From contig CM106586.1 in assembly GCA_048013815.1 (NCBI GenBank), positions 10,044,001 to 10,107,718 on the forward strand: a DNA stretch of 63,718 nt, given 5' to 3'. The stretch is from Setoptus koraiensis. Lineage: Eukaryota > Animalia > Arthropoda. Made by a program: the position numbers and the translations under genes. Positions 22,001 to 34,000 of the stretch are shown here, one piece after another (position 1 is the first letter of the stretch; each line of letters starts with the position of its first letter). The notes below the pieces were generated by a model. That model saw nothing but the letters and a program-made list of their open reading frames with translations. It was not told the DNA's origin and did no database searches.

Positions 22001-25000
22001 GGGCCGGCGTCGCTGGCCATAACGGCAAGCTTGCGGTCAGTTTTGGGCCGCCGTTTGGCAAGCCTTGTTGCAGCCGGTCAACAAGTGCGCTGCCAATTGC
22101 TGAATTGTTGTTATTGTGCAAACTGCGAAATATTTGATGCCGCTTGGTGTCCATGGCGAGCTCGCGCAACAATTGGTAGGCCTTCACGAAGAAGGCATGC
22201 TGATGTTTTGCCACGTTGCCGGGCTCGTGCACGCCGCTACCTGTGCCGCTCGTCTTGTCCACCAGAGACTGGATGTTCATTTGCACCAACGAGGGCGGCC
22301 TCGAGTGGCTCAGATGGTACTGGAACACGACCGGCCTGGAGTCGTTTTGCGGGCCTGCTTCGGGCGTGATTTGAGCGATATTTGTGCAAACAAACAATAA
22401 TTCGTGAATAAAGAAATGAGCGTTAGTTGTATTAGATTATGATAACAAGCTGGGATTGGGCGAAACGATCGTTAGTTGGCTTGATCACTACGTGACACTG
22501 TGGGGCGCTCGATGGCGCCTCAGAGTGCGCCAATTCGAGCCGAAGCGACACGGTGATCGGATCAGCGCTGATTGTTATTATTGTCCGATCGAATGTGACT
22601 CGGTGATCGGGCGACGGGCGAATCGTTTCGAAAGAATCGTCGCGAAACTGTCAGAGATACTCGAACGAGCGCAACAAACAACTGTTGATCTGCTGATGAG
22701 CGGTCGCAATGCAAGCGACTGTCGCAAGATTCGATTCGACGCGATTTCTCTGTTCTGCGAAACGAAATGCAACGCTAAAATGCGCTCACTAGTAGTGAGT
22801 CACACTACACAATGGGCCGACAACAACAACATAAAAAATATATTGTATCATTATATGCGAGTATTGTATGCCGAATTGTTACGCAAACAAATATTGCGTA
22901 ATATCGGACTGTTGGGCAGTGTGAAGAAGCGCGCACTTCATCTTCCTCCAACGCAAGGTATGCGCGTCTCGAGGTCAATTGAGGATAACATTATACGTTG
23001 CAATACGTTTTCACAATTCAATACTCTCTGTTTATGTTTCTTTGTGCGCGCTTTGTCGGACGCTTTGCCTACGTTTTCGTTACGTTATCGCGTTGCTGTT
23101 GCGCTGGTTGCGCTGGTTGCGATAATCAAAACAAAATTAACGAAAATTCGTGCTAAACACGACATTGACATACAATGGCAGCCTGGCCAGCAGCCAGCCA
23201 ACAAGCCCATGCTGGCAAGACAGCTTTGCCAAGACTCGCCGCTGTCAGTCAAGTGCATGCCGACTGGGCCCGGTCGGTAGTTGGATAGTGGTGGATGGTC
23301 GCATAGTTAGATGGATGGCCGCTGTCTATTGTTGTGTTCCCACAAATAATACAACAAATAATCGCGGGACAGAATGAGCGAGCGAGAGAGAGAGAGAGAG
23401 AGAGAAAAAATGTAACACTTCGCTCTCGACGGTTTATCAAAAGCTGGGGGCATTTAATCTATTTTTGATTAATCTTAATAATTTTCACTCGCAACTTAGT
23501 CAACAATGGCAACGCGCGCAGCACCATTATCTAATTTGTGTTCTAACTGGTTAATTTGGCAACGAGCGGCGTTTTGCTGGCTACAATTGCAACAACAATG
23601 CAACCAATCGATAGTTGCAAATATCATCAATGGCGGTGCCGTTAAATGGCTCTCGTCGCTCGCTGATAGTCTGAAAGAATAGCTCACTGTGTTGCAAACC
23701 ACTGGTCACTGGCTAAATGCCCATTCGGCAAGTTGCTGCCGGCCGGCCGGGCCGGCAGAAACTGAATTCTGAATGAATCGCGAGCGCGCGATTCATTCAA
23801 AATTCAGTTTCTTCAGTTCGAAATTCAGCGATTCGAACACGGTGAAAATAGTATTTTCAAGACGGCATTTTCGAAATACCAGTCGCGTAAAATAGCGGGC
23901 ACGGCGAGCCAAAGCAAGGTCGCGGCGCCGATTAGTGGCCGCAAATAACGCCACACAATCGCGTTGTCGTGCGCGGTTTGCCAACGAAAGGCCCGGCCAA
24001 TGTCCACAAATAAATCCGCAAGTAAATCCGCAAATAAAACCACCAAAATAACACAAAAAACAAGTGGGCGGCTCATGAATAATTGCAACAAGTGCCTGTC
24101 CGCAAGATGCAACGTTGTTTGCAAACAGTCAGCCAGCTATTTCTGACAAGCTGCACGCTATCTGTGTTTGCAGAGCACACAGGTTACCGTTATATATCGC
24201 CGTTAATTATTATTTGAATTATCCGCTAATGAGGGCTCACGACACACACGGCCGCCGCTCGTTAACTGGGCCGATTTCATCGCCCGGGCCACCGTCAAAT
24301 AATTGACGCCAAGCCGGCTACTTGTAATGCCCGCTCTCTCTCGCTCTCGTTTGGCATTTATTTTATTTGGCATTGGCTAACATTGACATTAAGGCTTGCC
24401 AATGGCAACATTCAATGTTCAACACATTCAATGGCTGGCTAATTGAGCCCATTGTTTGCCAGCGTCGACAGGGGCCGCTTTTCGTGTTGCATGCGATCAT
24501 TACCATAAGCTCATTTTTCATTCTGTCAAAACGTATCTGCCGCTGCCGCCAGATAAAACTAAATGCGCCGGCTACTAGCGGCAACAATGATAATTATGGC
24601 CGTCATTGTTATTATCATTACCGACATGCTCATTAGCGCTCCCATGATGGCACACATAATAAATTATCAGCTATTATTATCTCATGCGAGTTGATAAAAG
24701 TTTCATTCGACAGTCTCGGCGAGCTGAGCACTCACGATATTTCGCGCCATGTCTAGGCTCGCAGCCAGCACCGTAATGAAGATCGCCGACGATTTGCGTG
24801 CTCCATATTTGCAATATTTGTTTGTTTGCAATGTTACCCCAAAATGGATATTGATATTGGCATGCGTGCATCGCCGCAAATCATTGCTCCGTCTAAACAT
24901 GACCTAGACACTCCGGGCTACAGTGCGCCGAGACGCAAATTCTGGAAATTGAATTTCGCTGACGAACCCCCGCTGAGCGGCGCTCGTCTCGATTGCGCCC

Positions 25001-28000
25001 GGCTTCTGTCGGGCCGCTCCGCCTGCTCCGGCCGCTCCGGCCGCTCGCCTGGTCCGGCCGCTCGGGCTGTCCCGGCGAGCTCGCCACAATCAAATTGATG
25101 ATGCGCTCGCTGGTGACACGTCTGCTTGCGAGACCTAACGCAATTAGTTATTAATAATTTTGTTTCTGTTTCGCTGGCCAGTGGCTCGCCAGTGCCGATG
25201 CACAAAGTCACTAGTGAGTCACTGGGTCACCGGTCGTCTCCGGCGGAGCGAGCCGGAATTATCAATGCCATTAGGCTATTCGGGAGTGAATTCAATAATT
25301 CATTAGGATAATGGAGCGGCAGTTATCGCTGTTGGCAGCGCATTGAGTGGCTCGATTCGAAGCACTGGCAGCGTGCGGCGCGTTCGCGCCGTCGTCGTGA
25401 GTCGCTCGCAACCGCCCTTGCCCGCCGCAACGGTTCGAAATGGGCCGCTTCGAAGCCGAAACTGGCAGCCAAATCATTTCGGGCCTACTTGGGCACTATG
25501 TCAATACAGCCTGTCGTCGGTGGTTGTCGCCAGTGACTGTCGTCGGTGGTTGTCGTCGGTGACTGTCGTCGGTGACTGTCGCCGGTGACTGTGATCTGTC
25601 GAGCACTCGTTGACAGCCAACAACATTAGTTGCCAGCGCATTTGTTGGCCGTGTGTGCCAACAAATTTGTCGCAGCCCTGAACATTGCCGCAGCGGACAG
25701 GTAACCGAGCCAGGTGAGCGCAGGTGAGCGACAGATTGCAAGTTGCCAAAATGGTCGTTGCAAGTTGTCGTCGTCGTCGTAGCACTTTGCGAAACGCCTA
25801 GAGACGTACCATTACGCAACATACGTATCATTGTTGAGATCAATTGTTGCATTGACAATTGTGACAATTGGCACATTGTTCGCCGTGCTGACTACACTCA
25901 AAGGGGAAGCCTCACAGCAACCACATACGCTCGCAATAGGAAGTCAATATGGTGACAATATCGCCAGCGCGCTCGCCATTACGCCAAGCCGCAGCATGAC
26001 CACTGCCGCTCACATGAAGAGCTCACATTATGCGACATTATGCGACATTATGCGACATTATGCGACATTATGCGACATTATGCGACATTATGTGATATTA
26101 TGTGACATTATGTGATGTGATCATGTGAGCCACATACTTGTGCACAATCTTACATAATACATCAATATATATACGCAAGTATGCGACTAAATAACATATG
26201 TACGAGTGTGGTCATCGTGGAGCGAGTCAGCCGATGAGCGACTCGCGCCCCAGTCGGCACAAGCAACAGGTTGCTATGCACAGGTATGCGACAGGAACTG
26301 ATCGAGTGACCGGCGCAATTGTTCTAAATATGCTCTCATCATCTTGTCGTCGGCCCTCTCGAGTGCTCCGCTTGACACCAACAACTGGCCGCTTGCCAGT
26401 GGTTCCGTCTGGCCGGAGCGTCCAAGCGCACAGTTATAGCAAGCTACGCAACAGCATCAGCGTTTATCCGATCGGCACAATGAGTGAGCATGAAATGCAA
26501 TCTCGCAGGACGCGAGCTGTTTCAGCCTGACACTGTTTCAGGCGCTGAAATTCAATGTTGATCGCACTTGCGCACGACGCGCTCTCGCCGGCAAGTCTCG
26601 ACGGCCGACCAACGGCGCACTTTCAATGTAAATGGGCGAATTGAAAGGCACTGATGGAAATTTGCATCGAAAGCCTCGGCCTCCATCGCCGTGGCCCGTC
26701 GTCGAGCTGTCGGCATTGTGCCCGGGTCACCTGCCAAGATAGTTTCGGACAAGTGTGCCGCGACCGGCTTCGGCGGCCAACGAATCAATTAGCCGCCGAA
26801 ATTGAATGATACGCAAGCTGAAAAACTCTCATTGAGCCGAGTGGACACAATGGCACAGCAACCGCTTGAGATGGTTTGATTCACGGCTCGGCGGCTCGGC
26901 GGCGATTGGCGCAGTGGCACTCGTTGCAATCGACAGATCGATCCTATCGAGTCTGGCCATCAATTTCGGCCTGTCGGTTGCGATAATTGAAAAGTTTGCA
27001 GAATTTGCGCCGCCGATGCCAGCGAGCGAGCCAGCGGTCAGTTCAAGTTTATTCATCCATCATGGCGAGCGATAATGGCCGCCGCGCTCGCTTGCCATGA
27101 TCGCTTGTGTGCGACGGGCACATCGGCGCGCTCGTCGCGAAAATAGAATTCGGGCCGCACAATGTGGTTAATTTGGCCGGCCTGGCCAATGGCGCCAACT
27201 TGGCCAATTGCGCGAATTTCGCCCAGGTCCACACACACACAGGGGCTACGAAAATAGAACGCCGCGCCGCGGCAAATTGGAGAAGGCCTCGACGGGATTA
27301 GCCGCTACCAGCTCACAGGCACCGGCCCGCCGCAAATACCGGCCATCGCACAAGTGTGTGATGCGGCCAGTGTGGCAAGCGAAGCGATCAGATAGCCATC
27401 TCACATGATTGTGTGTGTGTGTGTGTGTGTGAGTGATATAATGGCCGAAGAAGCGGTCAGTTGGCCGCGGTGTGTTGGCGATAGTGCGATGATGCTATGC
27501 AAAGTTATTTAGTGAGCCATTGGCCAGACAAAGGGGACGCTGGCGAGCTCACACGTCGGACTCATTCAGTGCATCGATGGCAATTGCATGAATGGTTGCC
27601 GTGCAACGCCGGCGCATCAATCGCCGAACGCCGGACCTTTGGCCAACTTGCGCACTGCCAGCGGCCGAGCGATTTCGCGGCAACGCGATGCCGGTGCCAT
27701 ATGCGCCAGACGAACAATGCCACCATGTCCAGCTAGCCGGCTCTGTTTCGATGATGTGGGCTCTCTTCGCGCCGTTTGCAAATCAGCGAGTGGCGCCACT
27801 CGCAAATCGACAAATGGCGCCGTCCACAAATCAACAAATGGCCAGAATAACGGTTTGTCTTGCCGTGGCAGCTAATAACATCAACGCAACGACACGAACA
27901 AACGGCAGACACTCTTTTGTGCTGTACCTGCGACTTAGCTGCTCTGACTGCCGTAGCGGCCGGTCGCGGGTACAGCACGGTGGTCATGAAAAGAGTTCAT

Positions 28001-31000
28001 TGGTCGCCGACTATCGATCAACGGCTCGCAACGGCACGCAAATTGATCATTCGTTCGAGTGCCATTGCATTCATAGTGGCCAAAGTTAGCACAGCGCAAT
28101 CTGGATAAACAAACGATGAGGCCATCGAGACACACACAGTTACAAGTTAATCTGACCGTTAGATGCTCGCTCACCTGTGCTCACCTGCCGCATTGTGCAA
28201 CACACAATACACAGGTGAGCACAGGTCGGCAGCAGGCATGCAGCCAGCTTTGGCCTAACAGCCGACTGGACAGCCGACTGGACAGCTGACTGGTCGGCCG
28301 GGACGCAACAAGTGTCGGCCTAATGCGACTGCAACAACAAATATGTATAAATATGTCCAATTTGCTCACTCGGCCAGAAATCAATCAATTACAAATCACT
28401 GCCAATCTGACTCTGATTCGGTCGGGCGTGATTGATTCACACGAACTGTGTGTGGCTTATGGGCTGTTGTGCGTACGCGATCTGCGCATTACGACCAGTA
28501 CGTACCTGAGCGAGCGATGTAGAATTGGTTGTTGTTGTTGTTGTAGAGAGACAAAGATTAGACAGTTTGGCGCCCTATCAAGGTTGCGCGCATTGCCGAG
28601 CTAGCGCGAGCTCTTTGTCGTGTGTGCTCGCAAGTGTCAGTGCCTGTCTATCGTTTTTCCATCAATTTGCCAGCTATTCCAGTTATTGAAATATTACGCA
28701 ACAACTCATTATGTGATAATAATTATTACATTGTCGGCATCGCCAGCACTGCACTTTCGCTCACTTTAGCCACATATCATGCCCGCAATCTTATCTCTTC
28801 CTCACTCTACCTGTCGCCCTCACTCTACCTGTCGCTCTCACTCTGGCTGTCGCTTTCGCGCTGCCCGCCGCTCTATCTTCATCTCGATCGACCCCTTCGA
28901 TCGGGCCAATTCCATTAGGCACACTTGATAACAATCACACACAATAATTTTTGATGATGGTCCTCGCACAGTTCGAGCGCCGTCGTAACAGCACACACTC
29001 GTTGGCACAGCGCTCTGAGGGCGCTCGTCCGGGGCGTCGTCCATTATAGCTGTATATTGCACAGTGACCGGTGGTCACTCGCATGTGTATTATAATGGAT
29101 GGCCATTATAATCAGCTCTCGAACATCAAGTCTCCTCTATTGGTTATAATAGTTATATTGGTTACATAAGTTGAGAGGTGACTGCCGTAACCGGCCGACA
29201 GCTTAGCGAGAGATGCTGATAAAATCTGCACACTTTCTAACGACTCAACCGGCGTTGAAGAAAGCCCGGGCGAGCGCAAAAACCGTTTGACAATATTGCG
29301 ACGATATCCAGACGACAGTCAGACGACATCCAGACCATGTTCAGACGATATCCAGACGATGTTCGGACGATGATGTTCGTGTTGGACAGACTTGCACTTA
29401 CTGTCGTAAGACAGGGCCAGCCGAGAGAGACGATCAGATCGCAATCAATCATTCAATTAATATAATTATTTGCAGTCTAATCAAGATTTTCCATACGACA
29501 TAAACACAAATCACACAACACGGCAGAGTATTACGCGCTTGAGTGGCCGATGTGTTGCGCTCGCAGCGAAATTTGCTCATTTGTTAACATTTGAATTGTC
29601 AATGTTGAGAGAGCCCAACGAGATTGGATTAACGACAACCTAATGGACAATTTGGACAGTTTGATCCGTCCGGCTCGTCGGCGGCCACAAGACGCAACAC
29701 ACTCGGCCTGTGGGAGGAGAATCACTTTATTTGTTGCATCAATCAATGGGAGGATGATTGCTAATGAGATAAAACGGATAATGGGAGAGCCCATTCAGCA
29801 TGTTCCGGATTAGCGGCTGCGACCTGGCTGCGAAATGGATGCTTGTCCGGCCGGCGCAAGAGGGACGCATAGTGGTCGAGAGGCGCACCAGCCAATAAAT
29901 AAGGTGATGTGTGTCGGATGGCGTATGCAAATCACTGGCGCGCAATTAATTAATCTAGATCAGCTTGCTCACACACACAAGTGCCGAGATGAGCCTAATT
30001 AATAATATTTCATTCATTTTCAGCGAGCTGTGAGCATGACGCAATGGTGAGCAAAGTGGCCAGAGTGGCCATGACAGGCCGAGAGTGGCCGACACAAGAC
30101 AAGTGGCAACAAGACAATCCACGCACAACAACGAGAACAATGCGACACGACGATTGCTGGTCTTGATGCCAGCCGGACAGCCAAAGTGGTGCGCAACTGG
30201 AAACACTGACTGCCAGCAGCGTTAACTGATGGCATGGTGAGCGCGGCCCAATATTAGTCTCGGTACGCCAAAAAGAATTTAAATATTAACAAACTCGATC
30301 ATCCCCCGTTAGCCCGGAGGGCCGTCACATCAGACAAACAGGCAGCACACAAAGAGAACGCGCGCCAATATAATAATAACAATAATAATGATAATATCCG
30401 TTGCAAAAGCAACTGCACACAGTGCGCGCTACTTGATGCAATAAATGCTCGCCGCATCGAGTTACAGATCCGTGAGCATATCCGACAGTCGCCAACGACC
30501 TGTGCGGCCACAAACGGAACCAAGAAACGGAAATAAACGGTGAACTACTTGCCGTTGCCCGCTGTCGGCTGTTGGCTGTCGGCTGTCGGCTGTGATACCT
30601 GCCGGCCGGCCGGCTGGCTGTGCCGTGCCGTAATGTGCAACAGGTATCAGATGCCCATTAAGATGATGCTGATGATTGCGGACACTTCACAGTCAATCTT
30701 CATTAAGCGTCGCCGTTTCGCTCACAGCAACAATGGACGGCGGCTGTGCACAGCGTTACATCATGCGAGTCACATCATGTGCTAAACATCAATTGTAGCC
30801 AGCAAATTGTGGTGCAGTATGCGCTGTCTTTGTTTCAAGTTTATTGCTCATTGCCTGCGCTCATTGCACTAACAGCAAATATTGTATAACAACGGCCACC
30901 ACTACATTACGTAATCTGCCCATACATGACTCACTCACAGTGTGTGTGTGTGTGTGTGTACCTAGTTGATAGTGTGTCAAAAAAATATGATACCATGCAG

Positions 31001-34000
31001 TTTACAACAAAGCATCATCATGTAAGGTGATCTCATATAAGGCGATCACATAAGGCACACACACACACACACACACTGATATATAACGCACTGACCAGTG
31101 GTGGTTAATTGTTGTTGCTGTGTGCTACTATTATTGCTGCTGACGCAACTGTTCCAAAACGCGCTGGCGATTGCTTTTCTTTTTGCATTTGCTCATACTT
31201 ATAAACACATGCGTTATGTACGTTATGTGAGCGATCAGTTGAACTCGATAGCAAAAATTGATTGTAATCCATAGCTGGCCAGCGACAAGTGAGCCGGTTT
31301 GCATTATTAGGCAACGGCTCGCGGCGACGGCACTAAGGTCTTGCTAATGGCACTAAGGTCGCACCACCCAAACAGCCCAACGGCCGAGCAGCTGAACGCT
31401 AATCGTGGACAGCGGTATCGCACATCAACACCTAGTCCAGTTTTGGCGACCCTATTGAGCCAACCTTATTAACTCCATCTCGCTCTTCCTACTCGGGCTG
31501 GGTGGGGCGCCCATTCGACTGCTCGCCGACAACGACAACCGGCTGCTCGCCGACGACGACAACCGACTGCTCGCCGACGACGACAACCGACTGCTCGCCG
31601 ACGACAACAACGACGGCGAGAATCAATCATAGTCAGCCGTCGAACTTGAACGTAGTGAGCTCGAGAGGTAATTGCTTTATTATCTCAGTCGCTCATATTT
31701 TCAACGGCTCGATCTCTGACTAATCGAAAAATTATTATTACTATCGGAAAGGCATAAACAAATCTGGCCGGCTTGCATCTCATCCGAACCCAAGGCAGAC
31801 CTACTCTGTGTGTCGTCCCCTGTCTGTCTGTCTCGCTGTCTGTCGGTGCTCGTTTTGTTTCTCGCTGATGATAATTTAATCAGTTCAAATCAATCATTCG
31901 TCGACTGACTTGGTGAGCGACAAATTGGCAGCCAACATTTTTCAAGACTAACTTGTTCTCGGGCGCCAACTTTTCATTCGACGTTCATGCATTCATTGTG
32001 CAATGGAACGCCAATTCATACCGCACTCGAGTGCGATATTTTGATTGTGTTCTTCTAACACCCCGAAATAAGATGTATGGCACACAAAACGAGTCGACTT
32101 CCTATTCCTTGTCGCTTCTTCGCTTCATGTTTCGTCTATGTGTCATGACAATAAATTGTGCCAAACTTTTTGCAATTTGCGACCTTGACCAGCGCCGCTC
32201 TGCGAATATGTCAATGTGTGTGTGAATTATGGCGCTCTGTTATTGTGAATTACAATTGTGTATTATTGTTTTGCGCTTATTAGCCGGACACATGTGCCAA
32301 ATGGGTGCGCTGAATTCAATTGATACTACCGGTTTCGATTGGAGCGTCTGGCATAAATTGACACCTCGCTCAAATCAAGTTTGTTGCTGGTCAGTATGTG
32401 GGCGCCAAACAGCTACAAATGTGATATTATTATAAGGATACAATTGACAGCTTCAAATGTGTTTCCATCCATCAGCTGATCTCAGTTGGTTAGCGCATGG
32501 CGAGCAATACGCTCAAAAAAATTATATTACTTTACTTGGAACGTTTCTAGCAACGACTGACCCACTGACACGGCCGAGATTAGATGAAAATCAACGAGGC
32601 GAATGAAATCAAATTGAAACATCTAAAACGACAGCAACAACAAGCATGTTGTTGGCTCAACATTAGAATAATGCGTTATACGAGAATAATATTTAATATG
32701 AGAATAATGCCAATCCACCTGTCGCTATCTGATAGCGGCTATCGTGTTTAATGAAATCATGTGTTGTTTGCACATTGCATATTTTCTTGCTGTCTTGTTG
32801 TAGCTGTCATATGCGCTTCGCTGTCAAAATCTAAATAGCATCAATATGCTAATCAATACGCTCACAGCCATGCGATTAATATAAGTCACAGGCAATGGGC
32901 ATTGAGATTCTCAATTTGAGAGGGGCATCTTATCGTTGAGATAGGCAGGCAAAACAGGCGATTTCTAGACAGAATTGAAGAATTGCCTTCATAGGAGATA
33001 TCTATTTTATATCTGGGAAAACATTAGCGCCAGCTCACATTTTATATTAATGTGTGCATGTGAGACGAATGATAATATTGCCCACAACAGACCCAAACAC
33101 TGCAGCTAACTGCGGCCAGCTCTCTCTCTTCGGGTCGGAACAACATGGCTCGAATAAGCCACTTTCGAGCTATTCTATTGCCTCATAATGTCCGCCTGCA
33201 CAATAATGTCTTCCGGTTTTTTGCATTACAGCAAACACAACAATAGTTGCGCAATCCATCGGTGAAGTAGTAGGCAAAAATGATGATGATCAATAATGAT
33301 GCAATAGCGAGGCACTCTTATGACACACACACACTATACTAACTAATATATACTAACTATGACTTGTGAGCTGACTATGCCTGGGTTAACTATGAGATCT
33401 CTTTTTTTGGCTTGTTTTTTCTCCCCCCCCCCGCTCACCTGTGTTCACCTGTGCGCTCGGGAGTTGGCATTTTGCTCGGTTAGGCGCACAAAGGTGAGCC
33501 AGGTATGCAGCGCATACTCAAACTTTATCTTTTCACATCTACATCAATACTACAATCGTTCTGGTGTATCGCAGGCTATTCATTGGCCAACACAGACACA
33601 CAGCTACATTGAATGGCGACCTGTTGAACGAATTCCTCAATTGAAATTGATTTGAGCGCTAATTGTTGGCTCGCCGATCAAACCTGGCAGCCCAATGATA
33701 AATACTCAATAAAAAGACTGACCGGTTGTGTGCAGCAACACACACACACAGTCACTCACACTCATAACAAGAAAGAATCTAGATTAAATATCAATAAAAA
33801 CGAAAGCGAGCAACTTGTTGTTAATAAATTGATGCTTAGATTACATTAGCCGAGCGATTAGTTATCTTGTTATTTATCGAATCTAATGAAATAGGATCAG
33901 ATCAAATCGTTTCTTCTGTGTATGGCCAGATCGAAGCGATTTGAATGCAGTCCCGCAACGATTCTTGCCAGTGAGTTGCGAGTAATTCGGGATTGTGATT

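Noticed and set aside
21485-22369. 294-aa plus-strand ORF
   Set aside because: Antisense shadow of GC-rich exon 2; no recognisable domain.
22456-23280. 274-aa plus-strand ORF
   Set aside because: TTG start, no motif, intronic low-complexity composition.
10090-23552. Grainyhead-type AACYGGTT sites (10090, ~16539, ~23544)
   Set aside because: About three sites against about two expected by chance; not enriched.
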